A DNA stretch of 64,000 bases. Source: an uncultured delta proteobacterium (GTDB lineage Bacteria > Myxococcota_A > UBA9160 > UBA4427). The stretch's first letter is position 1; each line of letters begins with the position of its first letter. Below the pieces are notes generated by a model that worked only from the letters and a program-made list of their open reading frames with translations, ran no database searches and had not been told where the DNA came from. The DNA is taken from positions 128,001 through 192,000 of the forward strand of contig CAWGJT010000005.1 in the NCBI GenBank assembly GCA_963822965.1, given 5' to 3'. Shown one piece after another: positions 21,823 to 34,125 of this stretch. Position numbers and translations under genes: made by a program.

Positions 21823-23367
21823 TCAGCGCAGAAAGAGCCGGTACGCCTCGTTCTCCGTCTCGTTCACGTACGGGTACCCGAGCGTGTCGAGGTAGCGCGC
21901 GAAGTCCGCATCGTCCTCGATCGGGACGTGCAGGCCGGCGAGCACGCGTCCCTGGGCCGCCCCGTGGTTGCGGTAGTGGAAGAGCGTGATCGCCCAGGCG
22001 GGGCTCATCAGCTCCAGGAAGCGGCGCAGGGCGCCCGGGCGCTCGGGAAACTCGAAGCGGAAGAGCAGCTCGCGACGCAGGTCCGGAGCGCGGCCCCCCA
22101 CCATGTGGCGCGTGTGCAGCACCGCCAGCTCGTTGCCCGTCATGTCCACCACGCGGTATCCCGACGCCCGCAGCTCCCGCGCGATCTGCTCGCGCTCGGC
22201 CGCCCCCCGCGCGAGCTGCAGGCCCACGAAGACCTGGGCGGCGGCCCCGCCCGAGCCGCGATAGTTGAACTCGGTGACGTGGCGATCGCCCAGCGTCGCG
22301 CACAAGGCGCGGAAGCTGCCGTTCTCCTCAGGGATGGTCACCGCGAAGATTCCCTCGCGCTCCTCGCCCAGCTCGGAACGCTCCGAGACGTGCCGCAGCC
22401 GGTGGAAGTTCATGTTCGCGCCGCTCTGGACCGCCACCAGGGTTCGGGACCGGCCCGAGGACGCGCCCGCCGGGCCCGCCAGCCACTTCTTCATGCCCGC
22501 CACCGCCAGGGCCCCCGCCGGCTCGGCGATCACGCGCGTGTCCTCGAAGAGGTCCTGAATGGCAGCGCAGATCTCGTCCACCGAGACGCGGACGAGACCG
22601 TCGAGCCGGCCCTGCACCAGCTGGAACGGCAGGTCGCCCGCCTGGCGCACGGCGGCGCCGTCGCAGAAGATGCCCACCCGCGCCAGCGGGACGGGGCGCC
22701 CGGCCTCGAGCGCCGCGTGCAGGCACGCCGCGTCGTCGGGCTCGACGGCGATGACACGCGTCTCCGGACGCTCGTGCTTCAGCCACGCCAGCATGCCCGC
22801 CAGCAGTCCGCCGCCTCCCACCGGCACGAAGACCGCGTCGATGGGGTCCGGATGCTGGCGGAGGATCTCGGCGGCGACGGTGCCCTGTCCCGCAATCACG
22901 TCGAGGTCGTCGTAGGGGTGGACGAACGCGGCCCTCGTCTCCTCGCTCCGACGGCGGGCCTCGGCCCACGCCTCGTCGAAGCCGTCGCCGTGCAGCACCA
23001 CGTGGCCGCCCAGGGCGCGCACCGCCTGCACCTTGATCTCGGGCGTGGTCTTCGGCATCACGATGGTGGCGGCGTAGCCCAGCCGTGCGGCTGCCAGGGC
23101 GACGCCCTGGGCGTGGTTGCCCGCCGAGGCCGTCACCAGCCCGGCGCGCGCCGCCTCGGGATCCAGCGAGACGATCTTGTTGTAGGCGCCGCGCAGCTTG
23201 AACGAGAACACGGGCTGCAGGTCTTCCCGCTTGAGGAGCACCCGCTCGCCGAGCCGGTCCGAAAGCCGCGACGCCGGGTCGAGCGGGGTCTCACGACAGA
23301 CGTCGTAGACCCGGGCCCGCCGGATGCGGTCGGCGACACGCTCGATGGACGACTCCGAAGCTGCCAT
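21823..23367 (-). CDS. ilvA: Threonine ammonia-lyase, biosynthetic
   Basis: KREDLQPVFSFKLRGAYN, SAGNHAQG, GGGGL, SGANMNF, C-terminal ACT-like FEFPERPGAL, FHYRNHGA. Confidence 0.96.
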   Translation of the reverse strand: MAASESSIERVADRIRRARVYDVCRETPLDPASRLSDRLGERVLLKREDLQPVFSFKLRGAYNKIVSLDPEAARAGLVTASAGNHAQGVALAAARLGYAATIVMPKTTPEIKVQAVRALGGHVVLHGDGFDEAWAEARRRSEETRAAFVHPYDDLDVIAGQGTVAAEILRQHPDPIDAVFVPVGGGGLLAGMLAWLKHERPETRVIAVEPDDAACLHAALEAGRPVPLARVGIFCDGAAVRQAGDLPFQLVQGRLDGLVRVSVDEICAAIQDLFEDTRVIAEPAGALAVAGMKKWLAGPAGASSGRSRTLVAVQSGANMNFHRLRHVSERSELGEEREGIFAVTIPEENGSFRALCATLGDRHVTEFNYRGSGGAAAQVFVGLQLARGAAEREQIARELRASGYRVVDMTGNELAVLHTRHMVGGRAPDLRRELLFRFEFPERPGALRRFLELMSPAWAITLFHYRNHGAAQGRVLAGLHVPIEDDADFARYLDTLGYPYVNETENEAYRLFLR

Positions 23368-23478
23368 CGCACCACGCTAGCCCGGACCGAGCGCGGTGCG
23401 TGAACCGCCTGGGTGGGCCCGCCGGCTCGCGATATGCTGCCGGCCCCCGCACCGAACCCGTCGACGAGGAGCGAGCTC

Positions 23479-24321
23479 ATGTCCGACCTGCATCGCGACC
23501 GCGTGGCCCTGGTGACCGGAGGGGGCTCCGGCATCGGTCGCGCCTCCGCCCGCCGGCTTGCGGCCGAGGGCGCCCGGGTGGCCATCGCCGATCTCGACGG
23601 CGCCGCCGCCGAGCGGGTCGTCAAGGAGATCGCCGAAGCCGGCGGCGAGGCCTTCGCCTGCCGGGTCGACTGCGCCACGCCCGAAGGCAACGACGAGATG
23701 GTGCGCCGCACCCTCGATGCCTGGGGCGGCCTCGACGTCGCCTACCTCAACGCCGGAATCGCCCGGGGCTCCAGCATCCGAGGTGGCGACCTCGCCGTCT
23801 GGGACGAGGTCATCGCCGTGAACCTGCGCGGGGTCTTCCTCGGCATGCGCGCGGTGGTCGAGCCGATGATCGCCCGCGGCGGCGGCTCGATCGTCTGCAC
23901 CGCGTCCGTCGCCGGCCTGCGCGGAGGCCGCCACATGCCCTCCTACTACGCGTCGAAGCATGGCGTCGTGGGGCTCGTGAAGGCGGCGGCCTGCGAGTTC
24001 GCGCCGCTTCGCGTGCGCGTGAACGCCGTCTGCCCCGGCGTGATCGACACGCCGATCCTCGGACCCGCCCACGGCGTGAAGACGGTCACCGACCTGCTCG
24101 GCCGAGGTCACCTGCTGGGGCGCGTGGGGCAGCCCGAGGAGGTGGCCGCGCTCGTGTCGTTCCTGGCCAGCGACCAGGCGGGCTTCATCACGGGCGTCGC
24201 CTATCCCGTGGACGGGGGCATGACCGCCGGCCTCGGCGGCGCCAGCGACGAGGCGGACGACTCGCAGCGCGCGGCCCTGCACCAGACGCTCTCGTCCGGG
24301 GTGGCCAGGCGGAACGAGTGA
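23479..24321 (+). CDS. SDR family oxidoreductase
   Basis: TGGGSGIG, NAG, YYASK, VNAVCPG. Confidence 0.92.
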   Translation: MSDLHRDRVALVTGGGSGIGRASARRLAAEGARVAIADLDGAAAERVVKEIAEAGGEAFACRVDCATPEGNDEMVRRTLDAWGGLDVAYLNAGIARGSSIRGGDLAVWDEVIAVNLRGVFLGMRAVVEPMIARGGGSIVCTASVAGLRGGRHMPSYYASKHGVVGLVKAAACEFAPLRVRVNAVCPGVIDTPILGPAHGVKTVTDLLGRGHLLGRVGQPEEVAALVSFLASDQAGFITGVAYPVDGGMTAGLGGASDEADDSQRAALHQTLSSGVARRNE

Positions 24322-25248
24322 TCACGCGCGGAGCTTCGGCGTCTCGATCAGCTCCAGGCAGCTGCCGTCCGGATCCGGAAAGAAGCAGGCCCAGAGTCCG
24401 TCGATGGGAATCTCCGGTCCCATGTCGAGCCAGACGGGCGGGGGGCACGCGACGCCCCGGGCCAGCAGCTCGGCGTGCGCCCTCGCCATGTCCTCCACCA
24501 GGAAGGCCATGCGGTAGAGACCCCGGTGGTTGGCGCTCGCGTAGGCGGGACCCTGCGCACGGGGGCGCTTCCATTCCACGAGCCGCAGCGCGAACGGGTC
24601 GGGCCCCGGCGGCAGGAGCCGCCGCGCCTCCCACTCCACCTCGCCCGTGACCCCGAAGCCCGCACCGGGGAGCGGGCCGGAGCGGACGGGCGGACCGGCC
24701 TCGAGCCCCAGCACGCGCTCGTACCAGGCCCGGGAGCGAGCGAGATCGCTGCACACCACGTCCACGTGGGCGAGCCGAAGCGCCGTTTCCTGGTCCGGCG
24801 CCTCCACGAAACGGATGCGGGTGCCGTCGGGATCGCTGCAGTGGAGCAGACGGCGCGGCTCCTCGCCTTCGATCGGCGCCCGGGCGATCTCGCCGCACTC
24901 GATCCCGAGACGCGTCGCCGCCGCGACGACGGCATCCAGCGCGGGCGCCGCGACCCCGATCGTCGCGAGGCCCAGGTGGTTCGGCACGGGATACGGGCTG
25001 CCCACCGGCCTCGGCTGCTTCCACTCGAGCAGATCCACGGCGGGCCCCGCGAAGCCGCGATGATCGTGCAGGATGTAGGCGTCCCACTGGACGGAGCCCG
25101 ACATGCCGAAGCCCGTGCCTGCCTGGGGGACCGGGTGGGTGTGGCTCTCCGCGTGCAGGCCCACGAAGTCCCGGTAGAAGGACAGCGCGCGCGGAAGCTC
25201 GCTGCAGTTCACGTTCACGTGCATGAAGCGATCGATGCGGACGGCCAT
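24322..25248 (-). CDS. Two-domain VOC/glyoxalase family protein
   Basis: HVNVNCS.L.R...FY and HVDVVCSDL.RS..WY repeats, DPDG..LELIE. Confidence 0.85.
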   Translation of the reverse strand: MAVRIDRFMHVNVNCSELPRALSFYRDFVGLHAESHTHPVPQAGTGFGMSGSVQWDAYILHDHRGFAGPAVDLLEWKQPRPVGSPYPVPNHLGLATIGVAAPALDAVVAAATRLGIECGEIARAPIEGEEPRRLLHCSDPDGTRIRFVEAPDQETALRLAHVDVVCSDLARSRAWYERVLGLEAGPPVRSGPLPGAGFGVTGEVEWEARRLLPPGPDPFALRLVEWKRPRAQGPAYASANHRGLYRMAFLVEDMARAHAELLARGVACPPPVWLDMGPEIPIDGLWACFFPDPDGSCLELIETPKLRA

Positions 25249-25277
25249 GATCTCCGGACTCCGGCGGGCTCGGCGTT

Positions 25278-27326
25278 CTACTCGATGTAGCCCAGGGCGC
25301 GCAGCGAGCGCTCCACGTCCTCGGGAATCGCGGGGGGCTCCGCCTCGGCGTCCGGGTGCAGGAAGCCCTCGCGGATACGGGCCGACGCCTCGGCGTGGTC
25401 GGCCAGCAGCCGCTCGGCCAGGGGGCGACGGCTCCTCCCACCCAGCGGATGCTCTTCGTGGGGGTCCCGGTCGATGCGGAAGAGGGAGCGGTGCGTGCTG
25501 CTGCGCTCGTACTTGAAATCGCCGTAGCGCACGCCGGCCGCGCCGTCTGCGAGCCACGAGAAGTGCAGGGGACGCGGGTCGGGGAGCGCGCCGCCGCGGA
25601 GCGCCGGTACCAGGCTCGTCCCCTGGTGGAGCGAGAGCGGGGCGAGCCCCAACAGGTCGAGCAGGGTGGGGGCGACGTCGACGAGGCTGACGGGCGTCGC
25701 CACCCGCAATCCGGCCGGGACCGTGGGCCCGCGCAGCACCAGCGGGACGTGGATCACCTCCTGGCGGCCGGAGAAGCTGTGTCCGGCAATGCCGTGCTCG
25801 CCGAAGGCCTCTCCGTGATCGGAGAGCAGCACCACCAGGGTCCGCTCGGCCAACCCCAGGCGTTCCAGCTCATCGAGGATCCCGCCCACGAGGTCGTCGG
25901 CCTCGCGGATGGTGCGATCGTACTCGTCGGCCTGGTCACGATAGGACTCCGGAATCGCGCTCATGCCCTGGCGGTTCCAGTCTGCGGGATCGCGGAAGAG
26001 GTCCGCATGGGCGGCGCCGGCCACGTAGGGAGCGTGGGTCTTGTAGGTGTGCAGGAACAGGAAGAAGCGGCGGTCGCGATGGCTGCGCAGATAGTCCGCA
26101 CCCCCGGCGAACGTGGCGATGCCCTGCTCCTCGTGGCGATAGGCGCGCTCGGTGAAGCGGTCGAAGCCGAACCAGAAGCCGAAGACCCCGGCCAGCAGAC
26201 CGTCCTCGGTGAAGGCCGCGGTCTCGAAGCCCGCGGCGCGCAGTCGCTCGGCCAGCAGCGGCACGGGCGTCCCGGCCCGAAGGCGACCCGCCTCCGGGCG
26301 CGCCTCGGGATACAGGCCGGTGAAGACACTCATGTGGGAGACGTCCGTACGACTGAAGGTGCTGGTGACGTCGTCGAAGGTCGTGCCCCGGGCGATCAGC
26401 TCGGCATCGATGCGCGGCGAGGTCACCCGGGGATAGCCGAAGCCCGACAGATGGTCCGCGCGCAGGGTGTCGAGCGAGATCAGCACCAGGTTCGTCGCAT
26501 CGGCTTCCACCGGAAGCGGTCTCAGGACGCGAGGCACGCTCCAGACCGCACCGCGGACCGCCGAGCCGTCGCGGGCGTCGGACGAGAGCGCCAGGCGGCA
26601 GCGCCCTCCCCGCTCGGGCAGCACGACGGAGACGTCGCGCCAGCGTCCCTCGCCGGGCCCGACCACCGCATCCAGGATGTCTCGCGCCGGCGCTTCGTCG
26701 CAGGCGAGGGTCGCCTGGAAGTGGACGTCGGCCCTGCCGGCCGCACCGGGCGCCGTGGCGAGCCCGTACGCGATCTCGAGGAGCGCGCCGGCGGGGACCT
26801 CGAAGGCGCGGCTCTCGAGCCGCGTGGGGCCGGGCGACAGCGCGCCCAGGTGCAGGTTGTAGACGTGGCTCGCCACCGCGTCGGCGTCCCGGTAGACGAG
26901 GGACGCGGAGCGCCCGGCGCCGCGCACGAGCCGCCAGCCCTCGCGCACGCTCTGGCGCGGGGTGGTGCGAGCCGCAGGCTCCAGCAGCTCGGGAGTCACG
27001 CCCCCCGGCATGCGCTGGATGTCGAGGATGAACGCCGCCTCGGGCAGATCGCGCACCGCCTCGGGCAGCTCGAAGGTCGCGCGCACGACGCCATCCGCGT
27101 CGGGCTTCCGTCCGAGGAGCGAGGCGACGGGCGTGGCCCGCGGAGCGACGAGCACCGGCCGCGCCTCGTCCCCGATGGGCGCCATCTCGCCGTGGAGGGG
27201 CGTGTCCGCGAGCCCGAAGTCCCGAGCCTCGAGCCGAAGCTCCACCCCGAGCGGGCCCGCCGCCTCGGCGGGCGCCGGAGTCTCGCCCGTGCCGCACCCG
27301 ACGGGCGCGCTCGCCGACAGCAGCAC
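25278..27326 (-). CDS. Sulfatase/alkaline-phosphatase superfamily protein with N-terminal extension (possibly a lipoprotein)
   Basis: ISLDTLRADHL, SH.S.FTG, FLHTY..H.PY, SDHGE, HVPL; start uncertain. Confidence 0.82.
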   Translation of the reverse strand: MLLSASAPVGCGTGETPAPAEAAGPLGVELRLEARDFGLADTPLHGEMAPIGDEARPVLVAPRATPVASLLGRKPDADGVVRATFELPEAVRDLPEAAFILDIQRMPGGVTPELLEPAARTTPRQSVREGWRLVRGAGRSASLVYRDADAVASHVYNLHLGALSPGPTRLESRAFEVPAGALLEIAYGLATAPGAAGRADVHFQATLACDEAPARDILDAVVGPGEGRWRDVSVVLPERGGRCRLALSSDARDGSAVRGAVWSVPRVLRPLPVEADATNLVLISLDTLRADHLSGFGYPRVTSPRIDAELIARGTTFDDVTSTFSRTDVSHMSVFTGLYPEARPEAGRLRAGTPVPLLAERLRAAGFETAAFTEDGLLAGVFGFWFGFDRFTERAYRHEEQGIATFAGGADYLRSHRDRRFFLFLHTYKTHAPYVAGAAHADLFRDPADWNRQGMSAIPESYRDQADEYDRTIREADDLVGGILDELERLGLAERTLVVLLSDHGEAFGEHGIAGHSFSGRQEVIHVPLVLRGPTVPAGLRVATPVSLVDVAPTLLDLLGLAPLSLHQGTSLVPALRGGALPDPRPLHFSWLADGAAGVRYGDFKYERSSTHRSLFRIDRDPHEEHPLGGRSRRPLAERLLADHAEASARIREGFLHPDAEAEPPAIPEDVERSLRALGYIE

Positions 27327-27408
27327 CCCGATTGCGAAGGCGACCCGACCCGTGGGCCTCCGCCCGGCCGCGAGACGCGACCGCAGATCCGTGCGATGCG
27401 ACCGCGGA

Positions 27409-28395
27409 TCAGAGATGGGGCATCACCCGATCGGCGAAGAGCTCGAGGCTCTTCCAGCCGATGGCGGGCGGCGTTCCGCCGACGAGCGCCGGAAAGTGGA
27501 AGGCGGACTGGCGGCCCCGCGCCTCCGCCTCGCGCGCATGGGCCAGGCACTGCTCGGGGGTGAGCACCCGATACTTCCCCTCCGCCCGAAGCTCTTCGAC
27601 GGTTCGCCCGCGCGCGTGCGCGTAGGCGCGCTGTCCCGGGCGCTGCCAGCCGGCGTAGGTGAGCGCGTCGTGCAGCACGTACGGACCGATCTCCTTCCAG
27701 GTGGCGTCGGGGTCGAGAGACACGAAGGTGCCGGCCGGCTCGCCCGGGCTCACCACCACCGGCTCCACGCCGCGCTCCCGACAGGCCTCGCGATAGACGG
27801 CGAAGAGCGCGGGATCGGCGATGGGCGGCGCGAAGGGCAGACCGAAGCGTGCGGCGCGCCGGGCCGCACGGGGCGTCGAGCCGCCGATCATGAGCAGCGG
27901 GTGCGGCCGCGTGGCGGGCCGGGGCGTCACGGGCAGGCTCGCGCCCCGCCGCTCCACGCAGCCCTTGCGGAGACAATGAAGCAGCACCTCCAGGCACTCG
28001 TCGAAGAGCCGACCGCGCTCGTCGAACGACTTGCCGAAGGCCGCGTACTCCTCGGGGCGATAGCCGATGCCCGCGATCACCGAGACGCGCCCCCCGCTCG
28101 CCAGGTCGAGCACGGCGAGGTCCTCGGCGAGACGGATCGGGTCGTGCAGGGGTACGAGAAGCGCGCCGATGCTGATGCCGATGCGGCGGGTACGACCGGC
28201 GACGAGCCCCGCCATCACCAGGGGCGAGGGCAGGAACCCGTCGGACGAGACGTGGTGCTCCGACAGGCCGACGGTGGTGAAGCCCTTCTCGTCCGCGAAG
28301 GCGCACATGTCCAGGGCGGCGGCGTACAGCTCCCGGGGCGTCGCCGGCGAGAACGCCGGCGCGCGCATGTCGAAGCGGAGGACGGTCAGGGCCAC
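27409..28395 (-). CDS. LLM-class flavin-dependent oxidoreductase
   Basis: LRFDMRAP, SEHH...DG.LPSP, DP.RLAEDLAVLD..SGGR, GYR.EEY; GTG start inferred. Confidence 0.88.
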   Translation of the reverse strand: MALTVLRFDMRAPAFSPATPRELYAAALDMCAFADEKGFTTVGLSEHHVSSDGFLPSPLVMAGLVAGRTRRIGISIGALLVPLHDPIRLAEDLAVLDLASGGRVSVIAGIGYRPEEYAAFGKSFDERGRLFDECLEVLLHCLRKGCVERRGASLPVTPRPATRPHPLLMIGGSTPRAARRAARFGLPFAPPIADPALFAVYREACRERGVEPVVVSPGEPAGTFVSLDPDATWKEIGPYVLHDALTYAGWQRPGQRAYAHARGRTVEELRAEGKYRVLTPEQCLAHAREAEARGRQSAFHFPALVGGTPPAIGWKSLELFADRVMPHL

Positions 28396-28664
28396 GGCGC
28401 GCCACGGTAGCAGCCGCTGCGCGGCCCCGACCGTCCCGGGACGGCGGTGTCGCGACGGAGAACGGGGTAGAATCCGGCCGTGCGATTCGAGGTGCGGCGG
28501 TGACAGCCCGCCGGTCCCGCGCCGTCCCGGCGGGACGATCCGGTGGAACTCCGGAGCCATGCGGTGACACCCCGCGATCCCGAGAACGGCGCAGCGCCCT
28601 TCTCCCTCCGAACCCGAACGGACCCACGCTCCCGCGCGGGAGGCGGGATCCACGGAGGTCGATC

Positions 28665-29885
28665 ATGTATCGCGGCTTCATCACGGAAATCGGCGAGATC
28701 CAGCACGGCGACCCCGGGCGACTGGCGGTGCGGGCGCCCAAGACCTGCGCCCGGCTCGAGCCCGGAGGCTCGTACGCGGTAGACGGCGTCTGCCTGTCGG
28801 CGGAGTCCATGGAGGACGGCGTCGTCACGAGCACCCTCTCGGAGGAGACGCGCCGGCGCTCGACCTTGGGGGAGCTCGCGCCCGGCGCCCGGGTCAACGT
28901 CGAGCTGCCGCTGTGTGGCGGCGAGCGCCTCGAGAGCCACCTGGTCCAGGGTCACGTGGACGCGGTCGGCAAGGTGCTCCGGGTCGAGCCCGAAGAGCTC
29001 GGCACCCGGGTGTGGATCCGACCGCCCGCTCGCTTCCTGGAGGCCCTGGCGCCGAAGGGCTCGGTGGCCGTGGACGGCGTGGCGCTCACGGTGGCCGAGG
29101 TGTCGCGCGATCGCTTCGCGGTGGCCCTGATCCCGTCCACCCTGGAGCAGACGACGCTCGCGGGGCTGGCGCCCGGACGGCGGGTGAACCTCGAGTCCGA
29201 CCTGATCGAGAAGCTTGCAAGGCAGCACGAGGGGCGGACGCATGCAGTCCTCACCCGCACCGTCGCGAACCTGCCCTGGGCCGGGGTCGTCTCCGGTCGG
29301 ATGGGGGTCGAGAAGGTCGTGCGCCAGCTCGCGGCGGGAGGCTCGGTGCTGGTGTGGGATCCCGACCGCGAGGGTGAGGGCGACCTCGTGACCGCGGGGG
29401 CCGAGATGCGACCCGAGACCTGGACGTTCATCCTCACCCGGGTGTGCGGTCATGCCACGGTACCCTGCGACGCCCGGGTGCTGGAACGCCTCGGCATTCC
29501 GCCCATGGCGGGCGCCGGCGACCGCCACGGCACGGCGATGCACACCGCGGTCGACCTCGCCGCCGCCACCGGCACCGGGGTCTCCCCGGCGGAGCGCGCG
29601 GCCACGGTCCGAAGGCTCGCGCACCCGGAGGCCCGCCCGGAGGACTTCCTGATGCCCGGACACGTGTTCCCGCTCGCGGCCCGCCCCGGCGGCCTGCGCG
29701 AGCGCACCGGTCACACCGAGGCCACGGTGGCCCTGTGCACGGCGGCGCGGCGCGCGCCGGTGGGGGTCTGCTGCGAGGTGATGCATCCCGACGGGTTCAT
29801 GGCCGGACCGGCGGAGCTGGAACGCTTCGCGCTCGACTGGGGACTCCCGCTCATCGAGATCGGCGAGCTCGTCTCGTTCCTCTGA
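28665..29885 (+). CDS. Fused riboflavin synthase (alpha-type) - 3,4-dihydroxy-2-butanone-4-phosphate synthase
   Basis: N-half GS.AVDGVCLS, VNVE, HLVQGHVD, KGSVAVDGV.LT, VNLE.D; C-half DREGEGD, PGHVFPL, R.GHTEA, CEV; GGAGG RBS. Confidence 0.88.
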   Translation: MYRGFITEIGEIQHGDPGRLAVRAPKTCARLEPGGSYAVDGVCLSAESMEDGVVTSTLSEETRRRSTLGELAPGARVNVELPLCGGERLESHLVQGHVDAVGKVLRVEPEELGTRVWIRPPARFLEALAPKGSVAVDGVALTVAEVSRDRFAVALIPSTLEQTTLAGLAPGRRVNLESDLIEKLARQHEGRTHAVLTRTVANLPWAGVVSGRMGVEKVVRQLAAGGSVLVWDPDREGEGDLVTAGAEMRPETWTFILTRVCGHATVPCDARVLERLGIPPMAGAGDRHGTAMHTAVDLAAATGTGVSPAERAATVRRLAHPEARPEDFLMPGHVFPLAARPGGLRERTGHTEATVALCTAARRAPVGVCCEVMHPDGFMAGPAELERFALDWGLPLIEIGELVSFL

Positions 29886-29900
29886 GCGCGGACTCCGGCC

Positions 29901-30734
29901 TCAGCGACCGGACCACCGGGGGGGACGCTTCTCCGTGAAGGCCGCCACCGCCTCGCGGTAGTCCTCCTCGGTGGTCATCCGCTCCAGCAGTGCGTCGGCC
30001 TCGCGAACGGCGCTGCCCACGTCCCGGTGCAGATCGGTGTAGATCTGCCGCTTGGTCTCGCGCAGGGAGCCCGGAGACACCTCCGCGGCCATGCGACGCG
30101 CGTATGCGTAGGTGTAGGGCAGCAGCTCGTCGGGCTCGACCAGCGCGTTGACGAGCCCCAGCGCGAACGCCTCGTCGGTCAGGAAGACGCGGCTCGAGAG
30201 CAGCAGGTCGTTGGCGCGACTGAGCCCGATGAGCCGGGGCAGCAGCCACGAGAGCCCGTACTCGGCGGGCAGGTTGAGGCGGCCGTGGGCGGTGGTGAGC
30301 TTCGCCCCGGGGACGGCGAAGCGCAGGTCCGCATAGCACGCGATCACCAGCCCCACCCCGGCGGCGGGGCCGTTCACCGCCGCGATCACGGGCTTGGAGA
30401 GGCCGAAGTGAAAGGCGAAGTTGGCATCGAATTCGGGCCGCACGCCGTAGCCCGGGCGCGCCAGGTCCGGCGGCGTCCCGGGGTCGTAGCCACCGCGCTC
30501 CACGTGGGTCTCGAGGGCGGCGCTGTCGGCGCCCGCGCAGAATCCCCGGCCGGCGCCGGTCACCACCACGACCCGTACGGACGGGTCCTGCTCGGCCCGC
30601 TCCAGGGCGTGGCGGTACTCGGTGTGCATGCGACCGGTCCACGAGTTGAGCCGGTCCGGACGGTTCAGGGTGAGGGTCGCGATCCCGTCTTCGACCGCGT
30701 AGCGCGTGACCTTGTACTCCACGCGCGGGAGCAT
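29901..30734 (-). CDS. Enoyl-CoA hydratase/isomerase family protein
   Basis: [33 protein letters not shown]. Confidence 0.9.
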   Translation of the reverse strand: MLPRVEYKVTRYAVEDGIATLTLNRPDRLNSWTGRMHTEYRHALERAEQDPSVRVVVVTGAGRGFCAGADSAALETHVERGGYDPGTPPDLARPGYGVRPEFDANFAFHFGLSKPVIAAVNGPAAGVGLVIACYADLRFAVPGAKLTTAHGRLNLPAEYGLSWLLPRLIGLSRANDLLLSSRVFLTDEAFALGLVNALVEPDELLPYTYAYARRMAAEVSPGSLRETKRQIYTDLHRDVGSAVREADALLERMTTEEDYREAVAAFTEKRPPRWSGR

Positions 30735-30750
30735 AGGCGAAGCCCGCCGC

Positions 30751-30779
30751 GGTCGTCCCCGGCGCGGCCGGGGACGACC
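30751..30779 (-). terminator. GC-rich hairpin after groEL
   Basis: Perfect 13-bp inverted repeat GGTCGTCCCCGGC-GCG-GCCGGGGACGACC just past the groEL stop; no U tract. Confidence 0.5.
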
Positions 30780-30786
30780 CCAGGCG

Positions 30787-32464
<1,678 letters not shown>

Positions 32465-32684
32465 GGGTTCCTTCCCGTGCGTGTAGGCTGGCGCCGCGGC
32501 TCGCGGGCCCGGTCCTGGTGCTTGGTCTTCGATTTTGGTCTCGGTGTGTGTCGGTGTCGGTGGGCTCGTCCGGTCCGGCCGGCGGACGATCGAGGGACCC
32601 CTAGTATGACGCGCAAGCCGCGCTGCCGCACGGGGCCCCATGCCATATGCTCTGCGGCGCCTCCTGCCTGCGGGCGACCGACGA

Positions 32685-34067
32685 ATGACCGAGCGACTGC
32701 TACGAACCCTGCGCTGCCGGAACCTCCACCGACCGGGAATCCTCGGCCGGCTGGCGGGCGCGGTGGGCCTGGCCGGGGCCAACATCGGCGACATCCGGAC
32801 CGTCTGGGTGGGTCCGGACCACATCGTTCGCGACCTGGACATCGTGGTCGAGGACCGGGGGGGCCTCGACGCCGTCGAGCGGGCCCTCGCCGGCCTCGCC
32901 GACGTCGAGCTCCTCGAGGTCATCGACGACATCCACGACTTCCACATGAACGGGAAGATCGAGATCCGGAGCACCCACCCGGTCCGCAGCATCGCCGACC
33001 TGCGCCGGGTGTACACGCCGGGGGTGGCCGAGGTCGTGCGCACCCTGGTGACCGAGCCAGACGACTCCTATCTCTACACGCTGCGCGGACGGAGCGTGGC
33101 GATCGTCACCAACGGTACCCGCGTGCTCGGCCTCGGGAACGTGGGACCGATCGCGTCGCTCCCCGTGATGGAGGGCAAGGCGGCGCTCCTCTCCCAGTTC
33201 GTCGGACTCTCGGCGATGCCGATCGTGCTGCAGAGCCGGAACGCCGACGAGATCGTCGCGACCGTGCAGAACCTCGCCTCGGGGTTCGGCGCCATCCAGC
33301 TCGAGGACATCGAGTCGCCCGTGTGCTTCGAGGTGGAGTCGCGCCTGGTGGAGTCGCTGCAGATGCCCGTGATGCACGACGACCAGCACGGGACGGCGGT
33401 CGCCACCCTGGCCGCGACCACGAACGCCACGCGCCGGGCCGGCATCGACCTCGCCCAGGCCCAGGTCGGCGTCGTGGGTCTCGGGGCGGCCGGCCTCGCG
33501 ATCGCCCGCATGCTGGACTCGGTGACCGAGAAGCCCGTCGTGGGCTTCGACCCCGACGAGGACGCCCAGCGCCGGCTTCGGGATCTCGGCGGCAAGACCG
33601 TCGACTCCCTCGACGCCCTGCTCTCCCGGGCGGACATCGTGATCGCCGTCAGCGGACGGGGCGGGCTCATCGAGCCGGGCCAGATCCGCAAGGGTCAGGG
33701 CATCCTGGCGCTCACGAACCCCGACCCCGAGATCGAGCCGGATGCGGCGATGGCGGCCGGCGCCTCGTTCGCCGCCGACGGACGCTCGGTGAACAATCTG
33801 CTGGGATTCCCGGGAATCCTGCGCGGCGCAATCGACAGCCGTGCCAGCCGGATCACGCCTTCCATGTACCTGGCGGCGGCCAACACCATCGCGTCACTGG
33901 CCACCGAGAACGAGCTGGTTCCCAACTCGCTGCGCCCCGACGTGCACCGCGCCGTGGCGCGGGCGGTCGCCCACGAAGCCCAGGCCGCCGGCGTGGCGCG
34001 GACGCGGGTGCCCAGCGACTACCTGCAGCAGAGCGAGATCTACCACACCCTGCGCGACGAACGCTGA
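32685..34067 (+). CDS. NAD(P)-dependent malic enzyme with N-terminal ACT-like domain
   Basis: [52 protein letters not shown]. Confidence 0.92.
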   Translation: MTERLLRTLRCRNLHRPGILGRLAGAVGLAGANIGDIRTVWVGPDHIVRDLDIVVEDRGGLDAVERALAGLADVELLEVIDDIHDFHMNGKIEIRSTHPVRSIADLRRVYTPGVAEVVRTLVTEPDDSYLYTLRGRSVAIVTNGTRVLGLGNVGPIASLPVMEGKAALLSQFVGLSAMPIVLQSRNADEIVATVQNLASGFGAIQLEDIESPVCFEVESRLVESLQMPVMHDDQHGTAVATLAATTNATRRAGIDLAQAQVGVVGLGAAGLAIARMLDSVTEKPVVGFDPDEDAQRRLRDLGGKTVDSLDALLSRADIVIAVSGRGGLIEPGQIRKGQGILALTNPDPEIEPDAAMAAGASFAADGRSVNNLLGFPGILRGAIDSRASRITPSMYLAAANTIASLATENELVPNSLRPDVHRAVARAVAHEAQAAGVARTRVPSDYLQQSEIYHTLRDER

Positions 34068-34125
34068 GCCGCGGTGCGCGCCGCACCGGGGTGGGCCGAC
34101 CGCTCGGCGCGAGCCCCGGCCGGCC

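Noticed and set aside
32629..32647. Sigma54 promoter for groEL (TGGCATGGGGCCCCGTGC on minus strand)
   Set aside because: GG-to-GC spacing is 12, not 10; no CIRCE element was seen either
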